Assembly: GCA_002269645.1 (NCBI GenBank)
Contig: NIVC01000200.1
Coordinates: forward strand, 310,001-374,000
Direction: 5' to 3'
Source of the DNA: Macrostomum lignano
Lineage: Eukaryota
DNA: 64,000 nt
Positions 53,739 through 64,000 of the stretch are shown piece by piece (positions within the stretch are counted from its first letter, which is position 1; every line of letters begins with the position of its first letter). The translations under genes and the position numbers were made by a program. The notes under the pieces were generated by a model. That model did no database searches. It was given only the letters and a program-made list of their open reading frames with translations, and was not told the origin of the DNA.

Positions 53739-55044
53739 GATGACCTAGTGCAGCTATTCTAAGCTGAAACATTTAAAAGAAAGGAATATGTTTATTGAAT
53801 GTCATAAATATTGAAAATAAGAACATTAGCAATGCTATAATGCCACTTTGTTTTGACTTAAAAAAATTAACTTAGTCTGCTTTTTATTACAATGTACATC
53901 ATTTGTTTTTCTCATTTTGCTTCTTCTTGTCTTGCCTATTCTATTTTGCTTATTTGGTTCCTTGTTGGTTCCTTGTGTTGTAGGGCTACTTTTCTAATTC
54001 CTATTATTGAATGTCCTAAAGCTGCCACCAAAGTTGTCCTAGGGTTATTTCTTCTTATTAATCTTACTGGTTATTACTTGCCTTTTACTAGTAGCGCATG
54101 TACTTCTATTGGTAGAGCATGTACTTCTATTGGTAGCGCATGTACTTCTATTGGTAGCATCTGTACTTCTATTGGTAGCTTATATACTTTTATTGGTAGT
54201 GTCTGTACTTTCTGGCCTGAGCAGTCTTTAGGCACCATCTATTCTATCCCTATACTCCTCTAAAGATATTATTCTCAGTCCTGGGCATTCCGAGGATCAG
54301 AGGGTCACAGCGCACTTCGCTGGGTATTCTGCCAAGAGGTGGGTCCCCTTAGACTCTAAGCCTGGATTTCTCTACCCTGTGGTAGGATTCCTGCCTTCTA
54401 AAGGCAATTTCTCAGATTCTAGATCTGGATGTCTTGTTCTCTGAAATGGACTGAACTCCCAATCTTGGGGCAACTCCTATGTCACTATCGACTACTCAAA
54501 ATAAGTAACACGAGTGATCACAAACCCAAGGCTGATTTGAAGCTTGATCAATGTTCAAAGCAATGGTACAAGACCAACAAACAAGAAAAGGTTATTTATT
54601 TTGGCTCCCAGCTGACTCTTTTTTTATAGTAAAAGTTTTCCTATTATTTAATACAAAGAATTAATACATAGAATATTCAGAATATTGTGCATATAAGAAA
54701 TATTTTTAATATTTGCATAGTATAACAACAGTAGTACATTTTTTAAATGCAACTTTTTCTAAGAAATTGTTATAAAAACTGGAGGCCTTTTATACTTGCT
54801 AATTGATTTGTTTAGATAATTTAGATTGGCTAGATTGGCTAACACTTGCATATGTTTTATTTAAAAAGCCTTTTTTATTTACCTATAACCATACCTAGGC
54901 CTAAAGAGACTTTAGATAAATCTTATATATAGGGCCTAGCAAAAAGTATAATTTCATGATTGATTAATTAAACAAAGTATCAATTTGATAAATAAAAGAT
55001 CTAAAATATATAAACTAAGTGAAAAGTAAAATGAGGCCTACAAA

Positions 55045-55342
55045 CATACATGCACAACCTCCAAAATTCGGTCGGCCATGCGACTTAGTTTTAACAAAAA
55101 TGCGACGTAGTTTTTGGCCAAAAATGCGACTTACATGTAAAAAAACCCTAACGCAAAATTAACGCAACTTTGGGTAAACGGCAGGAGTAACTATGACTGT
55201 CTTATTAAGTCAAAATGCCTCGTCAGCTACTTAGTACTACTACTTTGCGTTTTTTTCGGGTGGGCATTTTTGCGACTTCCTTGGTTGGCCGCCAAATCGG
55301 TCGGCCGGATCGGCCGACTCGGCCGACTGTTGCGCATGTATG
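55045..55342. mobile_element. hAT-type MITE carrying a 28S rDNA fragment
   Basis: 14-bp TIR catacatgc(a/g)caac; perfect 8-bp TSD cctacaaa (55037-55044 and 55343-55350); repeated subterminal gcgact and tcggcc motifs. Confidence 0.85.
55172..55235 (+). other. Degenerate 28S rRNA fragment (H69-H71 region, R2 target site)
   Basis: 53/64 ungapped matches to the conserved GGGTAAACGGCGGGAGTAACTATGACTCTCTTAAGGTAGCCAAATGCCTCGTCATCTAATTAGT (consensus recalled from memory). Confidence 0.85.
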
Positions 55343-58300
55343 CCTACAAATCAAGCTTACAGCCTAGGTATACAGCCCCATAGTCAAGATAATGTCATGG
55401 TATATGCTGGAATAAAAAGTCCCATAAAAAATCTATGCCACTTCATACTAAAATGTACGCCAAAGTCCTAGGAACTCACGCCAGGTTTGCTAGGCTTTGA
55501 GACAATAAATGACCTTTTTTGCGTGTTACACATTTTTGAACAACTTTAACAATAAAAAATTAACAAATGTGCGGTTTTCATTTAAAGTAAATTGGCTTAT
55601 AGATAATGCCAACAAAAATTAATTTTTTGTTTAAGTTTTTTTAGAAAATTACTCAATTAGTTTGCATGGAATTCTAAATTTTTATAAATCACGAATTGGT
55701 TTGTACTTTCATCTTACAAGTTTTATGGTTTTTATAATTTTATAATAAGATTCTGAGGTTATAGTATTATGCCAACAATTGTTAATATTAACTTTGGCAT
55801 GAAGGTTGGAGTTGGCGTAGGCTGCTTGGCATATTTACGCCACAGCGTCACACTAAAAAGTACGCCAAATATATTTTGCCTCATTTTTTACGCCAATTGT
55901 ATGCTAAAAAAGTAAAATTTTCTATTATATGCCAGAAATTTCCAGTGTAATGTACATCATCCTGACTATGGATACAGCCTAGCTACTAGAATTAGACTAA
56001 TAAAAGACTTTCTAAAGCCATAGGCATAGAAATGCAAAAAATAAAGATATTAAGATAATAGTCAAGACAAGGTAATGCATTATTAATATTAATATAATTT
56101 GCAATATCAACATAGGTCTATTCAGTAAGGTTATAGTTAATAATTAAATACTAAAAATAGAACTTTGATAGGCCAATCTAAGTATAATCAAAAAGCCAAA
56201 AACACAGTAGCTAGGTGACCTACTATAGGTCTAAGGCTAGTCATAAGACATAAGACACAGGCCCTAAGATATTAAGATTAGCTAGTTGGCAGCTAAAAAT
56301 CCGACAAAATTCATTCTTGTATTTTGCTATAATTATTAGGACTAGTTATAAATAAATTGAAACCTAAAAAGCAAAGACCAATGAATTTTTATCATGTAAC
56401 ATAATTCCATCATAGTACCTATATCTCACTAAGACTTGAATATCTACACCTAATACGAATTGCTACCAATAAAAAATTAATGAAATATATAAACCTAGGC
56501 ATATTTATGTATTTAGAGCTGTGGCTATCTTAGTGTGTGGCCATCCTGGTCATGCGCCAATAGGGCCTACTATAATAATTTTAAACTTCTTGAATGCCTA
56601 AACTTGTCTTATAGCATACCGTAGTCTTATTAGCTATCCAAAGTGTGTCTTATATAGTATCAGGCAGATAATTTCGACATAATGTTGCAACATTTGCGAA
56701 GAACCGAACGCAATTTTCCTCACTGCCTTCCGTAGGCAGAAACACTGGGAAGTGACGAATCGAAATGTTGCACATGTTGTCGAAATTAAACCGTTGCTAT
56801 GTTTTTAAATTTAAAAGAATATAACAAACACAGTATAGTTTTATGCATATTTTGTAAGTTAAATTATGTTTTACTTCAAAAAATAACAGATAACAAAAAA
56901 CGTGTTAAAAATTGGACAGTTTTTTTTTTTAAAAGCAATAAATAATACGGAATGTAAAATTCGAATTGCGTAAACTTTGTATTTTCGAGAAAATTCTTTC
57001 ATTCGTTGTTTATTGTTAACTCTAAGTTAGTTTTAAGCCTTTAAGGTTAAAGTGACTGAAAATGCAGTTACGAGATATGGTAGTCTACGATGTTGTTGTC
57101 AAATCGTTTGAATTTGGTAAATTTTGAAATTTAGTGCATAATTTATATCTCTTCCTTCATACACGAACATGATACGATTAAACCCATTGTGAGATAATGA
57201 GACGAGACTAGGCGGCCTATGATTTACTTTGTATTTGTTCTTGTATAAAGACTGTAAAGTTTTTTAGCCATTTAGGGTAGGCCTAAGCCTTATGGAAATG
57301 AGTGGGAACTGAGAATGGCTCCATTCCATGATCCTCCATCAATAGGCTTACCATCACTTACTTTCAGTTTGAAGTGTGATAACTTTCAAGGATAGGCCTA
57401 TTGTTTGACAATGACAATTAGTTGAAAATGACATTGACAAGGACAATGAATGTTAATGTTTAATGTCAATGTACATTATATAGTACCTAGAAATTTCTAT
57501 GACAAGATATTCTAGTGATAATCTTTTGCAGTTTTAGGTAGGCCCTAACAATGACATATTAGGCCTAACACTAATACATTTTGGTGATCCCTCAGTTTCC
57601 CACTCTAAATTATTTAAACCCAATATAGTACAATATTTATTATATTTAGATTGAATATAATAGCACCAAATAACAACTACCTAAATATATATGTTTAGTA
57701 GGGCGGCAGGGCCTAGGTAAACATGTATGTTAATGATAATTGATAATCCTTGTATTTGTAATGATAAATTGAATAAGTGATATTTAAATAAGTGAATTAT
57801 AAATTAAAGGTTGAACTATTGAACAGGATCCTAATCCCTATCCCAAAATCCCAGTATCCCAAGGAAAATTGTATTCCCATAGGACCAGGATCCCAACCTT
57901 AAAAAAACACAAAAATTAGGAATAGAGTTAGGATAGTGAAAACTAATTGGGCAGGGCCTAACATCATTGATGCCAAATGCCAAAATTGGGTACAGGGTAG
58001 CCTATGCCAAGTTTCTGCCTAGTTTAGAATATATGCCAATTTTTTTGTGCATACTGGAATATTCTAGTGTGTCAGTATGCATCCCTCTTTCCTGAGTATG
58101 GTATACCAGAATGAAAATTGCTTTCCTAGACCATGTATGCCAATGTATGCCAACAGACTTATTGCATACAAAAATAAAAGTATGCCAAAAATAATTCAGT
58201 AACTATGACCAATATTAAACTTAAAGGTTTATAAAATTTTAATATTAAAAAAATAGAAAAAAAGTTTTTTTAATTAAGTGTTTAGAACTAGTTTATTTAA

Positions 58301-60201
58301 AATATTTTTATTTAACAGCTTCTTAGAAAAATTAAACAATTTTTTTTCAATTTAGTTTTCTGGTTATTATTAGAAGCAATTGAGAGCTATTCTTTTTAAA
58401 CAAAATTTAGCTACATTAACTATGTATATTGATTAGGACTTAGAACTTTGGTCCCATTTGTTGTCTTGGTGATCTCTGTATACTAAGCTATATACTAAGA
58501 GATATGCCTTTCTATATGCCAATTTGTATACCAATGGTATTTACTAGTAGATCCCTCTGTATCTACTGCATACATGTATACCATCTAGACTGGATTGTGT
58601 CATTATTAATCAAGTTAAGTTATATTTAGACAAATTTCTGACACAAATTTCATTTCAACAATTTTGAAATAAAAAATCTTACTTTTAGCAATATTTTAAA
58701 TAAAACCTATTCAACTTTTTTCATTTATTTTGTACTAACTTATTAGCTTACTTTTTGTGTTTTAAAAAATTTAACTTTTAAACAATTGTTTTTTCTTATA
58801 TGATATATTAAAACAACATGAAATTTTATATTTGTTTGCTTTCTTACATAAAACTAAAATAGCTAAAACCTATAAACATCTAACCTGGAAAAGTTCTAGA
58901 AAAACTTAGAAAAAACCTAGAAATCAAAAATGAAAATTGTGGGACACCTTGTTAGTGTTATACTATTAGTCTTTATTCATATTAGCCATATTAGCCATCT
59001 ATCTAGCACCCTTATTGCAACCAATGGCCATCGGGGACATAGCCATTGAGGACACTGTGGACATGTCCCCCTTTGAGCTGATTTTTTTTACTGCTTTTAT
59101 ATATATTTTGCTTCTATCTCTAACATCAGAGATATTGATGCCTCTGTCCCCCCATTGATGTAGATCTTGGCTATGTGCCTAATGGCTTTTATTGTGGATA
59201 GTTCTAATGTAGATTAGCCCCTGGCAATGTAGATGCAGTCTAGCATAGGAAAAGAGAGAATCTAGTATAATTTAGACCTTGGCTTAAATATGATCTAACA
59301 CTATATATTATATTGTACTATCTATCTTATAGATATCTCTGTATCTTGATATTTGGTTGTTACATGAATGGTCAATAATTAAAGTTATAAAATTTCTATT
59401 CTTTTTTATAATTTAATATCTTGTAATGCATCTTATTTGTTCATTATGTACTATGTTCATTTTGCCCAAAAAGTTTTTTGCATGCTTTCTGTATAACTTT
59501 TTATACTTAACTAATATTTGTCCTAAGTATATTTAGTTTTTTCTCTATTTAAAAGTAGACTATCTATATAAAAGTAAGTCTTGCAATATTACCAGCTTAG
59601 CCAAAACCTGTTTATATTATAGGATAATATTATTAGGGTAGCCAAAATAAAGATATTGCAAGATTGATTAACCAAACAAAAAATATAAAAGAAAATAAAT
59701 GGGTCACAATCACAAGGCAAATATAAAAACTTGAAATAGAATAAAAAGGTTTAAAAAAGAAATAAATAAATAAATAACTTAATATTCATAAAAAACAAAA
59801 GATCTTATGACAACAAAATTTTTAAAGTAAGAAAGACTTACATGATATGTAAAGCACTTTTTGAATAAATTTCATAAAACAGTTGTAAAACAACTATTTA
59901 TCAATGTATATCAATGTAACTTATATTTTCAAACATTTAATCTCTCTATATGTTCTATAGCATATTTTGATAGTCTATGTGCATGGTAATTTGATAAAGT
60001 AAGCCATTTAATGTTTAACAACTTCAAGATACTTGATATACACATATATATGCATAGAAATATGATCTAAAATCTGTAGAAATAGCCCCAGTTGGATTGT
60101 AAGGCTATATATCGTATAAACATATTATGTAATAGAACCTAATTTATACTGATTAAAACAATTTCAGAAAGAGATTAAAAGACAACATCGAAAGAAAAGT
60201 C

Positions 60202-60597
60202 ATGGACGATATTCTAGCAAAGCTTGGTTTAAATATTGATGAATTAAACACACTTCGTATTATCGAACCAGAAGTGTCAACTGAGTCAACCGATCTCAAA
60301 GACAAATGTGGCCAGTTTACCATCACTGTTGAAGACTTTCAACGCCTGGTGTCTAACCTGCTACAGGCTGTGGATGTTGCTGCTGCTGAAGTTGAAAAAG
60401 AGAAAATGATACGCATTGGCGCGCTGAACCAATTGAAATGCGTGAGCACCCAGCGTCAGGAGCAGGTGCAGCAGTTGCAGGCTCAGATACTGGAGAAGCA
60501 GGCTAGCTTAGATCGGCTGCAGAAACAGCTTCGCTCGTTGGAGGCTACGGCTAAGGAGCAGAACGATTTTATTGATCATTTTCAAATGCAGAAATGA
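60202..60597 (+). CDS. IFT20: Intraflagellar transport protein 20
   Basis: GLNIDELNTLRII, EKEKMIRIGA and EQNDFIDHF match IFT20 over 131 aa. Upstream tttcag acceptor. Confidence 0.92.
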   Translation: MDDILAKLGLNIDELNTLRIIEPEVSTESTDLKDKCGQFTITVEDFQRLVSNLLQAVDVAAAEVEKEKMIRIGALNQLKCVSTQRQEQVQQLQAQILEKQASLDRLQKQLRSLEATAKEQNDFIDHFQMQK

Positions 60598-61887
60598 TTT
60601 TCTGCAACTGTTGACTACTTGTTTTTATACTACTAACAGCGTTAGTAGCGTCTTTTGAGCATAAATTTTAAACTATTTCTGTTTTAAAACTTCGTTGTTC
60701 TCCGTCCAAGTTTTTTGTGATTCGATTCAAAAATACACTTGCAAAATTAATCTAAACTACGAGTAATATTAATTACTATTTTAGTATTTATTTTTCTCTT
60801 TTAGACTGTGTTAGATACTCGTTCCAGATAGATAGATTAGGGTTAACACCATTATAAAATAAATTTAAAATTTTCGATAATTATGACGTCTTAAGTTTTG
60901 CAAAGATTTTAAGTTTTTATGACTCCCAAATTATTTTAATAATCTATACATAGTATTTATTAGTTTATTAATTCTCATTCTATTTTTAGGTTTATTTATT
61001 TTATTAATCATTTCAGCAACAAAGTCGGAATGAGACTGCCAACTGATGGCTCAACTGTTGTCTAATTTATTTGGCCTGCGAAGAGAGTGCTTCCTCGGTC
61101 GTGAAACGACAAACTCTAATGTCTGGCCTTTTCACTATTTATAGTAGTATGTATGTAGTAAAAAATAACAAACTTTTTCTACTTGATTTGCATTTCATTG
61201 CATTGCAGTCGGCGTTTGCGGCGGAACGAGGTGCGATGAATCTGGGTGAATGTTTTTATTTGTAATTAATATAATACGTATGAAATTTTCAGTTCGTAAA
61301 CATTCACATTCCTCATCAGTTATTAATAACGCAAAATTTCCTATCTCAGGTGCTCTGTGTGTTGGAAATGGTCTGCTCAGAATTTTTAAAATTGTAGGTT
61401 ATCAGCTGGTCTTAGACGAGACAAAAACTCCGATCAGGTGGGTTTTCCTGTAAATCATTGTTTTGTAGCCTTTGAAGAGCTGCCATTTTGGTCTTATTTT
61501 GAGTAACACATGGTGGCTTATGCCTGCCTACTCAACCTAATAAATATGCTATCTAAGAGCAGCGATGTGCTGCCTTCTTTCAATGGAGACGACTCGCGTC
61601 TCTTACAGTGTGTTTTTTTTCATTTTTCGCAAACGTTTTTATTTAGAAATAGTTAGGCTGTTGTCTATAGTTGGTTGACATAATATTTGACATCATCCTA
61701 CCCACCCTTTCCTTTGTCGTTACTTTTGTCTCGTCAAAAGTTGCAATCTGCAAAACCGGTCGGTTGGAGCCGGGCCTAAGCTGCGTCATCTCTGAGGAGA
61801 CGGTTGATCGACTGTCAGGTTATTTTCCACCAAATGTTTAGTAGAACAAAAAAACAACAAAACATTCTTTTTAATGAAGCCTGGACG

Positions 61888-62236
61888 TTGATGCTGGCGC
61901 CCCTTGGTGCTGGCGCCCCTTAGTGCTGGCGCCACTTGGTGCTGGCGCCTCTTGGTGCTGGCGCCACTTGATGCTGGCGCCACTTGGTGCTGGCGCCACT
62001 TGGTGCTGGCCCCACTTGGTGCTGGCGCCTTTTGATGCTGGCGCCACTTGGTGCTGGCGCCCCTTGGTGCTGGCGCCCCTTGGTGCTGGCGCCCCTTGGT
62101 GCTAGTGCCCCTTGGTGCTGGCGCCCCTTGGTGCTGGCGCCCCTTGGTGCTGGCGCCCCTTGGTGCTGGCGCCCCTTGGTGCTGGCGCCCCTTGGTGCTG
62201 GCGCCCCTTGGTGCTGGTGCTGGCGCCACTTGGTGC
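61888..62236. repeat. 16-bp GC-rich minisatellite
   Basis: tggtgctggcgcccct units. Confidence 0.92.
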
Positions 62237-62747
62237 GAAGGCAACTTTAGTCCTTTTCATCTTGAAAAAATATCGTTGTAGGCTTCATTTCTTAGAATGC
62301 TTTTTTGTTAATCTACTACCACAAAATTGTTATTATTTATTTGTTTCTATTTTGTAGAGAAACCGCCTCTACCTCACCTGTGTCTGTTGCTCGTCGTGTT
62401 ATTTATTGAACGAAGCGACAGGTTTGAAAATGTGTTTATTATATTGGAAACAAAATTATTTTTCAATAATTATTGAATGATTGACAACTAGGATAGTTAT
62501 AGTTTAGTTAGGATATTTTAGATTGTTTATTTACAAATTTTTTCTCAATTTTACCCGCGCCACCCCGAAACAGCTGCTCATATTTTTGCAGACAGCTAAC
62601 TGGTTGCAAAGCTGTTGGATCGTTAATTCGAAATTCGTTACGTCGAAAATTCGGGCCGCGTGACAAAGCCAATAATGATGACTTTTATTTCGAAAACTGT
62701 TTTGCTTCTAACGCACACCCCCTCGTTTTTTTAATTCCATATTTCAG

Positions 62748-63371
62748 ATGTGTCTCTCTTCAGACTCGATGAAGGCTAGCAAGTTTGCCTACAAGACCTG
62801 CGACTTAGGCTGTCACGACGTGTGCGACCTGCTATTAACCTCCATGACTAAATTGCAGAAATTTGACAAACCAATCCGTGGCCGATTTCGTCCGCAAATG
62901 CGACGCGAGGCCAGGCCGTTTCTCGACCGTATCCTGGTTAATAATTGCCTCCGGCGGCTGTGCGACATCATGACTAAGGAGGCTGGATTAGCCGATGAAG
63001 ATGTCAGTAGGAAGCGTCCTGTTGAGGAGGGCCAGTCTCACAGGGACAGTTATGAGAGCGAATGCTCAATTGAAACTAAGAAGATTTGCCTGTCTAATGA
63101 CAAAAATAATCATACTGATAACAGTAACCATGGTAACAGCAAATTTCAGCATCGACGCTTAAACTCCCTAGTATTGGTGACTGAGAATTACCAGCCGGTC
63201 AGACTGACCCCAGCATCTTCGCCATCGTCTTTGGAGGAGAAGAAGAACATGAAGAAGAGAGTCGGTGGCAACAACAAATTGGGAAGATCTCGACGTCGGC
63301 GTCTTCAACGATTGCGTCAGCGTCTGCGCCAGCGTCAACTGAGGGAGCTGCTTGACGGGAGGGAAATCTGA
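62748..63371 (+). CDS. Probable SERTA-domain protein
   Basis: LLLTSMTKL...FLDRILVNNCLRRL resembles the SERTA motif (LS..KL...L.R.VLI.N.LR.I). Basic C-terminal tract. The ATG directly follows a tttcag acceptor. Confidence 0.5.
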   Translation: MCLSSDSMKASKFAYKTCDLGCHDVCDLLLTSMTKLQKFDKPIRGRFRPQMRREARPFLDRILVNNCLRRLCDIMTKEAGLADEDVSRKRPVEEGQSHRDSYESECSIETKKICLSNDKNNHTDNSNHGNSKFQHRRLNSLVLVTENYQPVRLTPASSPSSLEEKKNMKKRVGGNNKLGRSRRRRLQRLRQRLRQRQLRELLDGREI

Positions 63372-63739
63372 CTAATGTAAACAATTACCCTATTTTAATG
63401 ACGATGTGTTGATAGTTGGGTGTCTGCACATTTCTTTTGTCTTTGAGTATAACCATGGCTTGTAAATCTTGATTTTATGCATCATACGATATTTGCTTTT
63501 TAATTGATCATTTAACCCAGGGGTCGGCAAAGTCTTTATCCGGCACTCGGGGGTCCTTTGAAACTTCATAATAGCAATCCGGTCTGTTCAAGGTTTGTCT
63601 CTTCTCACCTCTCTTCTCAATTTCATCTCCCCCCCTCTCCCCTGGCCCTCGAGGTAAAAAAGTTTGCCTATTTTTTTAGAGGCAGGGGGGTTGTGTGCAC
63701 CCTGGCGCACTTTAAGCGACTTAGGCACAACTGGGAGAG

Positions 63740-64000
63740 GCATTACTGCCCATTCCGCCGACTCCCCTGAGCAGGCATACAAGCGCGCGGATACGTACGC
63801 AGGCACACACTCACACAGGAGTGTACAGCGGCACTAACTTTATTTTATCGTTAGGCATGTACACTTCACTGCGCCTTGGGGGGTTGGCTCTCAAGGCCGT
63901 TAATTGCACGAGCAGAGCCAAGCCGAGATTCCAATTCAGCCCCAAATTAATGTGACTGCATTTGGAATCGAGCCTGGGTCGCTGGCACACTAGAGCAGCT
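63740..64000 (-). mobile_element. tRNA-derived SINE, copy 3 (head cut by the window end)
   Basis: Reverse complement contains cccaggctcgattccaa...cagtgaagtgtacatgcctaacgat. Confidence 0.7.

Noticed and set aside
53890-54600. Possible decayed retroelement (LILGMP-like stretch on the minus strand) with a 21-bp repeat
   Set aside because: Multiple stops and no RT, integrase or LTR evidence.
59038-59176. Short element with catagcca/tggctatg ends
   Set aside because: Only an 8-bp inverted repeat and no TSD.
63518-63769. caggggtcggcaa hAT-like end paired with gccgactcccctg
   Set aside because: The right-hand match is imperfect and belongs to the SINE body, and there is no TSD; at most a solitary hAT end.

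Overview
This is eukaryotic (animal) genomic DNA: GC-rich, intron-poor coding islands sit in AT-rich spacers, with many short tandem arrays packed against exons. That style suggests a free-living flatworm such as Macrostomum (inference, not verified). There are no prokaryotic features, CRISPR arrays or DGRs. Positions 1-26.2 kb hold a tandem segmental duplication. Each unit carries two B-box-like/coiled-coil/NHL-propeller genes (one intact, one frameshifted), a 2-exon GLO1 and part of NCOA5, which is decayed in unit A and complete in unit B. Next come a single-exon glypican-like gene, a catalytically dead caspase-fold gene, HAO1, RO60, IFT20 and a SERTA-like gene, plus a tRNA-derived SINE family and several MITEs. 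Main leads: (1) the four NHL paralogues vary in loops predicted to form one propeller face and are mosaics of one another, resembling a gene-conversion-diversified receptor array; (2) a 298-bp hAT-type MITE with an 8-bp TSD carries a 64-bp 28S rDNA fragment altered mainly at the R2/I-PpoI cut site; (3) HAO1 has no in-frame ATG, and all five candidate acceptors would be in frame with an AUG donated by a flatworm-type spliced leader. All alignments and counts were done by eye.
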